A DNA stretch of 62,235 nt, filler included, from Circinaria calcarea (taxonomy: Eukaryota): the NCBI GenBank assembly GCA_051942165.1. It is 16 parts of 16 records of this genome, joined end to end, with 100 filler letters (N's around TTAATTAATTAA, not from the genome) between each part and the next. Parts side by side here need not be neighbours in the genome. Positions count along the whole stretch, not along the records: positions 35,127 to 38,921 come from JAVECS010002622.1; positions 39,022 to 42,814 come from JAVECS010002623.1; positions 42,915 to 46,702 come from JAVECS010002624.1; positions 46,803 to 50,588 come from JAVECS010002625.1; 12 more parts are not named here. The stretch is one strand, 5' to 3'. The position numbers were made by a program, and so were the translations under genes. Numbering within the stretch: position 1 is the first letter of the stretch; each line of letters begins with the position of its first letter. Below are positions 37,194 to 50,688 of the stretch, one piece after another. Below the pieces are notes generated by a model. The model saw only the letters and a program-made list of their open reading frames with translations. It was not told where the DNA came from and made no database searches.

Positions 37194-38278
37194 ATGAATG
37201 TCGAGGGTTGTGAATTGAGACTGTATGTGTATAGGAGGCTTGCATAACTTACTATTATCTTGAGTGATTCTGGAGTAGCAGGTTGATCACTTGATCCATG
37301 TATCAATCTTAAATGTTAAGATAGATCCAGGTACTCTTGATCACTGCGTGGGAGCATGCTTGAAGTTACTCCAGCATGCCCTGGAGTATACCTTGCGCCG
37401 TGACACAGACATGGAAACTAAAACGCTAACCTCATACTTTGCTTTCCAATTCGTCCAAAATCCGTCGACGGTATTTCCATCGTTATAGCCCTTGCAGTAT
37501 TAAGTCTTAATGTTATTACATGCATGTTTTTTCTTATTGCTATTTGACAGTAATCGTGACTAATCGGTTTTACCATTGTAATCTTCAAAGTGGCGAACTC
37601 GAATAATACCAACATGACAAGGGAATTGCTAGCGTTTGATTGGCCTACGCTTTCCGCGTACGGGGTCCTTGTTGCAATTCCACCCATCATCGAGTCCTGC
37701 GCTTCATGATGCATACAACATTGCCTGGATACCTTCTCAACTCACCTACGGACTGATGTTGGATGCTTTCTGAAAATTGTGGCTTATGAGGCTTCAGTCG
37801 CTCTGCGTGCCTGCCTTCGCCTTGTACCCCCAACATTGACCGCCGTACTTTTGCTGTCTCATCTCCTTCCAACTATAAACCTTCCAACGCTGTTATAGAA
37901 CCCCCAACTGGGATGTTTCGATCATCGCCAACCTATATGTACCAAGCTCTGCCACAGAGGAACCTTCCCCACCGTTCCATCACCAGCCTAATCAATTATC
38001 ACTCGGGAGCGACTCGGGTAGTCCTCCAACGGCAGGATCTTTCTCAATATAATTGTATTTGGCTCTGGTAGTCACACTTAATACCTAATCACTAATCGTA
38101 TTTATCCACGGCTTCGCTATACACGTCCTCTCCTTGTATCTACTTGACGACCTCGCAACAAGCATCTTTTCACATTATATTTCCATTCAACAAGTTGTTC
38201 TTTTCATCTAGCATCAAAGTCTCTCACTGTCTCTACGCTTGTAGACCCTCTCACATCTCTTCCTTATAGCCTCTCACA

Positions 38279-38579
38279 ATGACGACGACCATGATAATAT
38301 CTACTGTCCTCTTTTTAATCACTGCCACATTTGCTTCACCCGCTCAAAGTATACATCCTACACACCTGCAAACTTCAATAGCTAACCAGCTGTGCAGTCG
38401 TCATGAGGGTACCGGCCGACGCCATGCTCGAGTACCGCGCAGTCTTTGATTCGGCTCCTCTGTTTGCCGACCTTAGCCACATATCACCCCGAAATATTGC
38501 TGGCTTCAATCCCTACGCCGTTCCACTGTCCATGGTAGGGAGGCCACTACGCAACATTCAGGGAGGCATTCGGATTTGA
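38279..38579 (+). CDS. Possible small secreted protein (about 80 aa); exons 38279-38348, 38398-38579
   Basis: MIISTVLFLITATFASP signal-like; GTATAC..GCTAAC..CAG intron keeps frame; no recognised domain. Confidence 0.3.
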
Positions 38580-39823
38580 GTGAATGACTCAATGGTTCAA
38601 TATCGTGCTACCGAGGACACCCTCTCCCCTTAGTAAGTGGCAACGTATGTCACGCTTTCCAGGTCGGTCATGATTTCATAGGTCTCATGGGAGACTGAGA
38701 AAAAGGGCTGCTGGTCCGTCTTTGTTGCTGAGAATGACTTTTCATCAGTCAAAGTGAATCAAACGACAACGATAGCCAAGATATAAAATAGCTAATAAGA
38801 TAATACGAAATACGAAGTTATAGATAATGATCTAATATCCGTCTGAGCTTTACTTGCCACTTGATCCCACAAGGTTGGACGCCACCAGCTGATTTCTTGC
38901 CTTTATCCCCTCCAGGAAGCANNNNNNNNNNNNNNNNNNNNNNNNNNNNNNNNNNNNNNNNNNNNTTAATTAATTAANNNNNNNNNNNNNNNNNNNNNNN
39001 NNNNNNNNNNNNNNNNNNNNNCCTTTTTCCCCTTTCACTTCCCCACCCTCGGGCCGATGTTGAGAAAAAGGGAAGTAGGCTAGTAAGCTACAGCATTTCT
39101 CTATTCTTTCCGAGACCTTTGGCATCTAGACGCCCCCGATTCCCTGTCCCTTTTCAAGAATCGTTCAATCTGCTTCGCCTCATGCCATCCTGCGCTCATG
39201 TGCTGTGATAAATGGCTCCCACAAGCTGGTCGAGAGTCTCAGGCGGGCTGGCTTTCTGAAGTAGACATGGTAAGGAGGCGAGTTAGGTCTCGAATGCCCT
39301 TGAGCATCGGTAAGGCTGAGGAGGGTATGGGACGGAAGATGAGCGTGGCTTATTTTTGCAGTCGGGGGATGGGAGATGGGAGATGGGAGATGGGAGAAGG
39401 GAGAAGGGCAAACGGGTGTGTAAGTACAAGAATAAAGTAGGCGGACAGGGAGGGCGGAGACTGGTTGATTCTGCTTCGGTGGAATGGGATATTACTATCG
39501 TTGTTTCAATAGCGGGACGGTGAGATTTCAGGCGGAGTGGCGAAAGCGAGAGACGGGGAAAAGCGATGGCCGAGCTACAGATATCTTTATATATTTATCA
39601 ACTAGTCAGTCCGGTTTATGCAAGTAACTTGATTTTCTAAATCTACCTCCCTCCCCCCGGGGGAACCCCTGTTTACGTATTCGGTGTGCAACTGGCGTGC
39701 AATCGAATCACTTGGCCTTCGAAACAAAAACATGCAAAGTACTCGGTTCCTAGAATCTGAAGTCCCGGTCCCCATTTCCATTTTACTGAGGCCATTGATA
39801 CCAAATAACCATACCGAAACTGC

Positions 39824-41222
39824 TTACAGGGCCTCGCGAGGCTTCATCGGTCGGTCATACGAAACCACGTAAGTGTCCTTTCGTTCAATCCCCATAGCCT
39901 CGTTACCCGCCATGCTTTCGTTCGTATTGAAGCTACCGCTCGGGGGAGCTGGCTCCATCCGACTATCCACCAAGGTATTATGATCTCGAGAGCTTTTCCG
40001 TGAACTCATCTCCAAGTCTTCGTAAGGGAAGGTCCTCGGATTACCTTTGTGAGGAGTAAAAGATTCGTGGATGATATTAGGGCTGGAGGTGCTCCGGGAT
40101 CTCCAGCTGGTGAGCAGGTTGGAACCGAGACTTCGGAGAGAGCTGAACTGAAGCCGGGTGACTGAGCGTAGTGGGGGTATATTACCCATGATGATGACGA
40201 GGGCTTGCTCGACACTACAGCCGAGTAGTCAGCTCCTGGTATTGCGGCAGCCTCCAAACGGTCAAAAGGGTCTCTCACCTTGCCCAAAGAATCACACCAG
40301 CTGTGCTATCTTTAGTGGAATTAACGAGTGTCCAGATATCCTTGAGACATTTTTTACTTGCATGTAGGATCATTCGATATCTGAGATCCTTGAACGCCGG
40401 TCAACTTCATGATTGAAGCAACCATTGTGCTGAGAGCTATCAGCATTGTGTCGCATATCCCAGCAAAGGTTAAAAACTTACAACAGTCCGAGGCTCATCA
40501 CTATAATCAAACTCAATTTATTTTTCGTTGACATGTTGAGTCTCCAAACGATCAAGACTGGGAATAAGACAAAAGTAAGATCGCTGAGAGTAAATAGAGC
40601 TGTTGTGGGCGTTAGCTCTTTACCTTTGAGAATGCGAAGAGCAATACCAAGCTTACCTTGACCCAGGAACGCGATGTCTTCTTCAATAGCGGGATCCCAA
40701 CAGTTTCTAGGCCCGGTAATAGTCCAAAGAGCCGAGACCGGCTTACACTGCACCCAGATCACAATAACGAGGAGACATTGCACCACGGTTTGGAGCGCGG
40801 TTACGACATAAAGGTACCATCGCAGCCATTTTCTACTTCCAAACAGTCGACACAAAAGGACGGCAATTGAGATCCTCGCGACGATTGAAGCAAGAATGCC
40901 GGGAGTTGTAGATTGCCAGTTTGTTTTAAGAACCTGACTGAGGGCGTCTTCTGATAAAAGAGATATATGCTTTCCAAGTCCATAAGAAACCGATAAGGTC
41001 AGAAATACCTGAGAGATACATTGCAAGATCTATAATCTATTAGCCAATGTGTCCTAGGGCTCAATATTAACATACTCCGGCAACGACCATGATATAGTCA
41101 TCGGCCCCAATATTATGCAGCACACTGATGCGTGTGGACACTCTCAAAGCAATGGTGATGAATACAAAAGCCGTTAGAATCCAGGAAATCCCAAGTATAA
41201 GGGGCCCTTTGCTCTGCGGCAT
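39824..41222 (-). CDS. PTH11-like (fungal rhodopsin-domain) integral membrane protein, multi-exon
   Basis: IALRV..GADDYI, YGLGKH, ARISIAVLL.RLF, VQCKPVSALW..CW, SDLTFVLFP, MGNIPPLR. Confidence 0.88.
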
Positions 41223-42276
41223 CGTAGTTGAACGACGACCTCGCGATGAAAGTTTAGCTCGCTATGGTAAGTGTCTAATCTGTAATCTGTAATCCGTGAA
41301 AACTTGCTTCGTCAAGGACGACAGTTTAAGTACGAGTACAGTATTACTGCACCGATTCCCTTTATGCTTAATCTACAAGACAGGTCGACTTCTTTCCCCA
41401 CGACAGGTGGAAGGGAACAGCCGGGGAGTTGACAATTCTCGGGTTCCACCAGCCACTCACTCATGGCGTTTGCTTATGCGCGATTGGCAAGAAGTGATTC
41501 GGATGGTCAGGGTAACGGGCCGGGCAAAGCTTCATCAAGGGCCCTGGCGAAGGAACGGGTGAGAACATTGGTAGTTTGCCATGTTGTGTAACGATTGCCC
41601 GTCAGCTAGCTGCGGGTGCGCGGGCGACGGTGGTGAGGGGGGTTCTCGATTCAATACAGCAAAGGCAAAAGAACAGAAACTTTTATGTCGCCCCACACCA
41701 TCCCCTGTAAGACCTTTCTATAATCGACGTCACGCTTTCTGCTTCATTTGTCATGCCATGCATTAACATCTCCGACGGCTAAGCCTATGCCCATCATCTC
41801 TCATCTCTACACCTAAGTAGTGTTTTGCAAATCCTCCCGCCACACAACATGCTCGCAGCATAATTACCTCAATGCAGGGACTTGTGATGATGGGCCCCTC
41901 GTGACTGTGCCGTTAGGTAGTGAAGCCATTGAGCCTCTCGAATTGAAGTAATTTCCAGATAAGGAGAAATCGTACTCCGATTGGTCAAATACAAAAGGAA
42001 TATGCATGTGTTGGTTGCCTTCCTACGACTGCACTATTAAGCTGTGGACTCACGAGAAGCTCTGTCACATTTGGATGCTAGGGCCCTCGGATATTTGTCA
42101 CCCTACTTGATTCAGCGGGCACTGTACCCCGGGACATGATACACTTTCATGTAAATCGGTAGAGAACTTGAGTGCCTTCGTTTCCTTAGGTGAAACCCAT
42201 TTAAGTAAGTGTAGAAACGAGTCTGCTTGGTGTTGTTAGCGATTGAATTTCCTCCCAGATTCCTGGTAGAGACGAG

Positions 42277-42814
42277 ATGGCTTCTAGCAGCAGCAGGATG
42301 CTCGAACTAGCCGCGAACATCTCCGAGAACACTGCGAAAATTGACCAATACCTTACTGCACAAGGAATTTCACACCCATCGTTTGAGATCGACTCGCCTG
42401 TGAGCTTAGATCTCCCAGAAAGCCTACAAGCTTCCCGTGATGCAGTCCTCGATGCCAATACGGAACTCAGCGAGCTTCTTCTTGGTCCACGGGAAATTGT
42501 AGCTGATTACCAGGTACGTTTCATCCCCGACAAAAAATCTAACTAATCCCTCTCTCGTGCTTTAGTACAATTACTTTGTGAGCCTACAAGCAATATACCA
42601 TTACAAGATGGCAGCCGCTTTCCCTGTTGGTGGCGAAGCAACCTTTGCCCAGATTGCACAGAAATGCAGCCTGGATGAGTCAGTCGTTCGCCGTATCCTT
42701 CGTCACGCCATGGCAAATCGTGTGTTCAAGGAGGTTCGAAAGGGAGTTGTTATTCACACAGTCATGTCAAAGCTGCTTGCAGAAGATCCGTTATTCCTAG
42801 AATACGTGGGTATA
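42277..42814 (+). CDS. Secondary-metabolite O-methyltransferase, N-terminal part; exons 42277-42513, 42567->42814
   Basis: ELAANIS..IDQYL..PSF, ELSELLLGP, VRRILRHAMANRVFKE..GVVIHT winged-helix dimerisation region. Confidence 0.85.
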
Positions 42815-42914
42815 NNNNNNNNNNNNNNNNNNNNNNNNNNNNNNNNNNNNNNNNNNNNTTAATTAATTAANNNNNNNNNNNNNNNNNNNNNNNNNNNNNN
42901 NNNNNNNNNNNNNN

Positions 42915-43265
42915 GGGTATCCTAGTATATACACCAAAGATTTTGACTCTCAAACTCGGGTTACCATTCCCGTTCCTAGTAACTTTGATCTGCGTACACC
43001 CGATATACCATTGAGCCCCACCCTTATTTTTTGCACCATGCAGAGCAAGCTCTTCAGCTCGGACGAAATACTCGCGTGGAGGTGTTGAGGCCGGGATGTT
43101 GAACAAGAACGAGAAGTATACTTGTTGAGGGCCTGGATAACCGAAGTTGACGTTTATCAAGAAGCCAATATCATCACCAGCTGCGACTGTGTATGTCTGC
43201 GTGTTCTCCCCAGAACGCCCCGCCTGCATTACAGCGGAAATCGGCGGACAACACGTCGGTGATCG
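42915..43265 (-). pseudogene. AA9 (GH61) lytic polysaccharide monooxygenase remnant
   Basis: PITDVLSADFRCN (other frame), TVAAGDDIGF, YPGP for HPGP, EYFVRAEELALH, GAQWYIGCTQIKVT; frameshift and internal deletion. Confidence 0.75.
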
Positions 43266-43414
43266 GAAAGATGCTGTTCGACAAAATTCAAAAAACGACC
43301 TCGTACAGGGCCCGGCCATTCTTGAACTGGAGGAGGGGCCACTTGCTTCATAGACGTTGGGCCTCCTGTAAACATGACTACCTCCAAGAGAAAAGGAAGA
43401 TGCTTGTTGTATCA

Positions 43415-45906
43415 CTAATTGTCTGCATCACTGCCATTGTCTTCATCATCCTCCTCCTCATCGTCTTCCTCATCGTCTTCCTCATCTTCGTCCTCATCGT
43501 CCGACGTGGTCTCCCCATCTCCATCTTCCACATCTTGTTTACGCTTCGTCTTTCTAGCAATTTCGTCACTGCTTTCAACGATATCAATCACGCCATATCC
43601 GCTAACCACATCCGGAACATAAAGCGAAATGTCCGCTACGCTCTTGACATGTGAGCCGGCAAGCGCGTCAGTGACCATCACCTTTACGACGAGGTCTTCC
43701 CTCTTCCCAATGATTCGTCTCAGCTGTTTGATCACCTTGTCTCCATCTTTCACACTTCCCGAGAGCCGTGAGAGGGAATCAATGATTACAAAGACCATGT
43801 CGTCCTCTGGTAGTGATGAGAGCAGCGCGTCCAACAGCAGGAGCCCGTTCTTGAGATTTTCCTTCGCTTTTGAAAAGAACTCCTGGTCCTCCAGTAACGA
43901 GAGGTCCACGGAGGGCCGGTATTCTGCGGTGAACCTAAGAAGTTGGCCGTTCAGGCTCTTGACGAGGGCGACTGGGCCTGACTCATCCTCCAAGAAAGAC
44001 TCGTTGTTCCTATGCATGCAGAAGAAAGCGAGCACCGGGAACTGAGCTGTGCTTCGGAGGGTTGTGGCGATTAATGCGCTGGTGAAGGAGAGTACGTTGT
44101 TCAGGGAAGCAGGGGGTGTCTGGAGTTCGATCTCGAGGATGCTCGATTCCTTCTCCTGGAGCCAATCTGTGTGTTTTTCTGAGCGTAGGATCCATTGAGA
44201 TATGTCTTTCTCGTCAGAGTCGAGCAGCGCTATGTGCTCGAGACAGTCCTTCATATCTATCATCGGGTCGTAAGTAGATCCATTGAGTCCTTTGAGCCAT
44301 TTCGACGCTACCCGGGTGTTACTCTCTTGGCGAGAACGCATTGATATAGCCTCTTGTTCTTGTTGGAGAAGTTTTACTTCTTTGTGATCAACTATCATCG
44401 ATCATTATTAGTAGTGATACTATTGCAGCCTGATCAGCTGGGGAACTTTACTTTCACCAGTCTTAGCATTGAAATTCGGATTACTGGTGCATAATTGGTA
44501 CAAGGCGTTTTCGAACCACAGATGAAGCATCTGGACAGTCTCTTCTGCCTTCCCGGCAAATAGTTTCTCGAGTCTCCTCATGGAAGTGTCCATGGTCGTC
44601 TTCATGTCTGCCTGAGTCAGGCTCTGTAAGGTATGAATGGGAAAGCCGAGGCCGAAAGTGATTGAAAACTAGGGTACTCACGTATGTTTTGGTTTACGAC
44701 AAACGCCAGGCCACGTTTCAGATCACCAGCGTCTCTTTCAACTCTGCCTAGTCTTTCCCGTTCGCACATATCTACCTCCTCTTGGAAACTTTTGATTTGT
44801 TTTTGTAGCTGGTCTAAAGCATCGGTCACAGTCAACTTCAGTTCTCGGTCGTCTTCGTCAACCAAGCCGTCCGCACCGGGCTCTCCCATATCGTTATCCT
44901 CCTTTAGCTTTTGGTGGTTCGACTTGCTTCGGAAGGATAGAGATTGAAACGTTTTGACAAATTTACCAGATTTCTCGGCTAGCTTTACTACAGTCTGTCA
45001 GTTATCTGCCTCCTGAAATACTTATGAGCGACTTACCCCTCCATGTCCTGGTGATCTTGTCCACAATACGCTCTAGAACGGTAAAGATAGCGACTATAAT
45101 AGCATCTGCACACGAGTGTAGTCGGATGGAGGCATGATGTATTTCTGATAAGCGCTGGATAGTTTCTAGCTTCTCAGGAATTTCTGCCAACCAGTTCTGA
45201 ATCTCTTCGCGCTGCTTGACTTGCTTCTCGATGGCCTGACACAATGGTATAGGTCAGGTTTCCTACAATGTCTTTCCTAGATACGCGTACTGAGAATCAC
45301 AGACTAACTTACAGCCAAAATCAAGATAAACCCTCCAGAAATCACCGAACCATAGATGTCACCAGGAATCATAGTGAGGATCCCTTCGATGACGCCCCTG
45401 TTCTTTTCTACATTCCAACAGCAACGCTGGATGAAGTTCTTGCATAATATTGTTTTGGAGGGATTTTCACTGCTTTCTCCTAGCCTGCTAATTATATCCA
45501 TAATGTATTCGACTGTGAACTCGCTTGGATCCTTGATGACAATGTTGAGTTGGGAATCCACTTTTCTCTCTTTGAGGAGGGTGACGAAATTTTTAAGTGT
45601 CCGATGGAATATCGCCATGCTCGTCTTAGACTGATCGTAATATTTGACTGGACTGGATTGAAGAGTCTGTTAACAGGTGAAAGTCCGTAGAAATATGCAG
45701 ATAGGAACTTACTCGAAAAAGACCCCTTTGAGAGCGAACCGGTCGAGTTCAGTTACAAATTCGGAGACATCCTGTAAGTCCTTAAACTCTTCTGGCGAGT
45801 CCTCGAGTTGGGACAATGTCTCTATGCCTGCCCGTCTCTCGACGAATTCGGCCGCAGAGTTCGTGAGAGTTTTTCGACGAAAGATCACGGGGCTCAGAGG
45901 CTCCAT
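43415..45906 (-). CDS. Fungal NLR/NACHT-associated-like protein with degenerate NTPase region and acidic tail, multi-exon
   Basis: Helical N-terminus (IPGDIYGSVISGGFILILA), WIL..H.DWL..S.IL, FFC, SLNGQLL, VFVIIDSLS (Walker-B-like); no GKS/T Walker A. Confidence 0.6.
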
Positions 45907-46364
45907 GACGAGCACGTCTATCGAGACGGAGTCTCAGCGAGCGACTACTTACTTTGGAGTAAGTAACCAGTCGTAGAGAACCTGGAACCTCCCTTCCCCT
46001 CAGCACAATTGTCACGGCGCCAGGCTCTTGCTATTCCTCTCGGCTTCCTAAACAGGGGTAGATGATCAACCCCCTATTAGTGCCTGGCTTAGGTTGATCT
46101 TATCTCTCTGTGAGCGCTTTTTAATGTTATTGGCCCCACGCAATAGCAACCTGCAAATATAGGTCGCATAATTTCTGCAGCCGTGGGCCCGTGTTTAGTT
46201 CCTTTATGCTGGTTAAAGGGGATAAGCGCCTCGAAACGCCTCATACTCCTAAATTGAGTTCACCTAGTCCTAAATACAATAATTATCTCCCACGTTATAA
46301 CACGCCGGGATCGCTATTATTTATTATTAATTTATTATATACTACCGCCGGCTATATTCGTCGT

Positions 46365-46702
46365 TGTTATGGCGCCAGCACCATGACATGCACTAAAGCC
46401 GGATGGGGGTTAGCCCCGGACCGGGTCAACCATATGCCGTGCTCATGAGTGCTCAGGGTATGAGCAGCGATGAGCAAGGGGTATGCTCATGAGTGCTCAG
46501 GGCGTGAGCAGTAATGAGCAGGACCTTATATATAGCAGGCTATTCCCGCTCTTTAGAATAGCATGCTTATAGACCGTGTTCAATAGACTCCATACTATTG
46601 AGCCTAGGGCAACAGTTCAACTACACCCTATGTAACCGTGCTATCACCAATCGGGACTTAACATATTCCTCATTAGGCCCCAAGGATTGCAGCGCCCTTA
46701 CA
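46365..46702 (+). mobile_element. Retrotransposon LTR (338 bp; solo or 5' LTR)
   Basis: TG..CA termini with imperfect inverted repeat TGTTATGGCGC / GCGCCCTTACA, internal TATA (CTTATATATAG), internal direct repeats, related copy at 7819-7958, contig ends exactly at CA. Confidence 0.8.
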
Positions 46703-46802
46703 NNNNNNNNNNNNNNNNNNNNNNNNNNNNNNNNNNNNNNNNNNNNTTAATTAATTAANNNNNNNNNNNNNNNNNNNNNNNNNNNNNNNNNNNNNNNNNN
46801 NN

Positions 46803-47594
46803 ATTGAGGACACCCTGCATCACAGCAAAGTACCTTTGTGTGCTGCACCTCTCGATGGCGCGGACATCTTCCCACGGTTGCCCTTGCCTGGGCGAGCATA
46901 AAATACTGGATACCAGTACGCTGCTAAGAGAGATTGCCGTGGAAAATAGGATACCGAGATAAACCAGACATTTGAACATTCGATTCGGGGAAAAAAGCCG
47001 AAGAAAGAGCAAGAGGAGCGAGAGTCTTGCGGAGTAAAGAGCCAAATTTCCGATGATTGATTGGATTACCATTTTCTGGCATATCATGTAAGCGAACATA
47101 GCTGCTTAAGTCGGACAGGAGTGCGGTATACTGTAAAGTAGCCACTGGTAAAAGCACTGATAGGAATATCCCATTGATGCCTGGCATAGCCCTTCACTGT
47201 AGCGCGGTTTAGGTTCAGTGGATAGTTTCAAAAGACCTTTGTACGTACTGCTCAGGATCATACCAAAGAAAGTGGTTGATCCGCCCTAAATGTTGAGACA
47301 TAAGTTGATGAGTTCCATTGATGCAGCTGTCAGATTTACCACTGCGAATATACAGGCATCTGCTTTCTTTTAGCAAGGGGACCATTTATAAGCTTATCAA
47401 GTCATACAATCGCTGTAGCCCATCGAGTGCGATATGGCGACATTCGAGTAAAGACGCATCACGAAAGCAAATACCGCCAGTACCAGCGTAATCGTACCAA
47501 CAGCAACTGTCATAGTGAACTGGCTTACTGGGTGAACAAAGTCAGAAGTCAGACCAGGGGGAGGCTCCAATGCCGGTGTCGTTGAAAAATCCAT
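46803..47594 (-). CDS. PTH11-like (fungal rhodopsin-domain) membrane protein, 3'-truncated
   Basis: PALEPPPGLTSDF, FVMRLY, ARLSLLLLFLRLFSP, CSPRQG. Confidence 0.82.
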
Positions 47595-50250
47595 GGATAG
47601 AGAAACTTCGGTTGAGGTTGGTCTTCTCTTGAAAAGGATGATGAGTCGAAAGCAAAGAGAGCACCTGAGAAAGGTCTGTCCAGAACGTTGCCATAAAAGT
47701 AGTGTGATAATTACAAAGACCTTAACGGCTGTCGACGGATAGCATTAAGGAAAGGAGGTTTGACATATTGCTATTCTGCATGAGCGGCTGAATCTACCTT
47801 TTGAAACTACTGCACCTTGCCCCATGAGATCTCTGCGATGAGGGATATAAAAGAGATGTACTCTCCAGGCGGAGTTCTGCTGAAGCTTCCGCTCGGCTGT
47901 GCATCGAGGAAACATTCAACCATTATTTCATGCAGAGATGACGGACCACTTATGCAAATGCTGCTATAAGTGCATCCACCCGAGAGCCTGAGGGCGATTT
48001 CCATCTGTGAGATCGTAAGCCCAGATTCAGCCTCTCGCTTATGCTGCAGAGTTTTCACACTTCAAGCCTTCGCCAATCGGTTCTGTGCCTCTGCTGCCCT
48101 ACCTATATCGTATTTGTCGTAGTCTCATAGTATGCAGCGACTGTGGAAGACGCGTATATGTAGAGCGTTCAGCTTGTCATTATTACTTCCTCGTCAGGTG
48201 GGAAGGATCACATAGCCGATGTGTGGGACTGCAGCCTTATGGTACAGGGCGAATCTGGAGGTCCACTAGCGTAGTGTAACCTCAAACAGCTGAATCTCAT
48301 GCACCACCACTTTGCTGGTTTCAGCTTGTGGATTTACCCCGTGCATATTCCTAAAGGCTTAGTCGATTTTACGGCAATATCTTCCATTCTGGTAGGCAAG
48401 TACAGCTTATTCTCGGTGTTCTTGGCCTCGCCGTAATGGTTAATTATAAATCATGTCCATCACGGACCTTGCATTTTCCGACGAGATCCTGGCTATGGCG
48501 ATGAATTTCAAGGTGACAAACACATCGGTTTCATCAAAATTTCGAGCTTACCTGAGAAATGGCTTTTGTTTTGATCAGTCAAGGTCAGCGCCCTCCAGTT
48601 CCCCCAAGGTCCAGCGTGGTTTGCACTATTGCTATTTGCAGAAGTATACCCGATGCTGAGTTGCTATGAATATCTGGTAAGCAGAATGTAGGATCTTCGT
48701 CAAAAGGTTGCCACTTCCGTTGATAGGCGCTGTACCCTTTGCCTTATATTGATGTCATGTTACCCTCGGGCAATGGTTACTAATGACGGTTGCATCAACA
48801 ACATCGACAATCAGTATCGACGATGCAAGAGTACTGCCGAAGCAATCACTTCACCTACAATGCATCGGAGATATATCCGTGTTTTCTCGATACAGCAGTA
48901 TATCTATGCCTTTGGGCAAAAACAAGGTAACGTATCGGTCATCGACATTCAACATTGTTTTAAAAAACCAAATCAGGAAGTGACTTGCAAGCCCATAAGA
49001 CTGGCTTAAAACTGCAACAAATATCAGCACTATCGATTCTTAGCCTAAGAGATTCAATAATAGTTTGGGGAACCTCAACTAGTCAATAAATAGCAAGGCA
49101 ACGTGATTAAAAATAAAACCGAAACATGCTTTACATAGCTATGGTGCCTGAAAGTGTTATCAATTGTAGCAAAACGAGTAGAAATACAAATCACAAAGCT
49201 AAGTGGCGGGAATCGGACCGCAGACTCTATTGTATTACCATGTACTCAGACCCATGAGCAATGAGTATAACAAAGTAACGGAGAGGCCAAGCACATAGCC
49301 TGATGGTCGGAGGCCCATGGTACGTATAATTATGCTTATATTTGAGAGGAGAACAAAAAAGACTCTTGCGTGCTTGGCACAAACCTATGCTCTCCAACTA
49401 TATAGCAATGAGTAGTGTAATGTTGTTATTCTATTATTTGACGTAATGCCGCAGGCTGCCATACCGTTATTTGTTGAAGGTATAGGTTATTGCTTTCTTC
49501 CTTTTCCTAGGCATTTACATTATCTTAGCCGGGCAGTGCACTTATGAATTTGTCTTAATCATCTCGTTGAAATAATCAAGGTTTCATGATCAAGCTTGAA
49601 CATCCTTTTTTGGTTCTCTTGCATCGAGTTTTCAGCGAGGAAGATAAGCCTTTGAATAGTACCTGGATACAGGCCACGATGAGCGGCTATCCAATGTTGT
49701 AAACTTACTAAAATCTCCCTGCTGGAATTCTCGAGAACGCCTTGAGTAAGCAAGCTATTTAGTCGGACTTACCAGTGATCATGTCCTTGCCATCTCTAAG
49801 CTCATTCAGATTATGGCTCAGACTGACTATTCAACGGAACTGACCCCTGTCGCGCAGCTAGAACTAGCTCCCGCGTCTAGCGAGATAACCCCGGCTTAGT
49901 TGCAGCACCGGAGGGAAGCTCCGCATCAAAATTAAGCTCCTCTGCCAGTCAAGTCATGGGATTTTGCAGCATCCAATCCTAACTGCCGGAATAGCAATCG
50001 GCGCTATACTGGCGGAGCTACTAATGGGATTCTGCCCGTCCACACCTCAAAGCTAAAGAATATGACACAAATGTTTCAATTGAGGGGAGTGCAGCGTCAT
50101 GATATCACCATTAGATACTTGACGTCTTCATGGCGGGTCAATGTTTACGAGCAACCGGGAGAACCGGCTGCCGTTTCATAAGAGGAGAGCTGCCCGCTTT
50201 CACTCAACGACCGGTTCTTTCATTGTCTACTTGACTCTCCAACATCCATC

Positions 50251-50588
50251 ATGACGTCCTCGAATATGGGAGCGAATCCTTTGCAGCATCCCATAGATGC
50301 GGCGGCTTCTGCAGTTGGGAGTCTAGGACTTGACCCCCGAGCACTTCAGAAGTCGTCCTTCTTCATGGGACTGAATGAAGGTCCCGCCGAGATCATCTCC
50401 AAGGTCACCGGCGTCAACGCTGGAGGTAAGCGTGCGGACGACGGACCATACTTTACAAACAACGAGGGTCATCCATGGCCAGATTCAGCACATAGCAAGA
50501 ACATTGGCGGTATCCCACTTGTGAGCGATACCTTTCTTCTCCAGAAGCAGCAGACCTTCAACCGGTCCAAGCTCCTTGAGCGTAGGCG
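50251..50588 (+). CDS. Catalase, N-terminal part only
   Basis: YFTNNEGHPWPD..HSKNIGGIPLVSDTFLLQKQQTFNRSKLLER, preceding the expected catalytic His region. Confidence 0.8.
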
Positions 50589-50688
50589 NNNNNNNNNNNN
50601 NNNNNNNNNNNNNNNNNNNNNNNNNNNNNNNNTTAATTAATTAANNNNNNNNNNNNNNNNNNNNNNNNNNNNNNNNNNNNNNNNNNNN

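Noticed and set aside
49203..49260. tRNA T-arm-like sequence on the minus strand (GGTCCGATTCCCGCCA)
   Set aside because: No convincing D-arm, anticodon stem or acceptor stem could be folded; at most a degenerate relic
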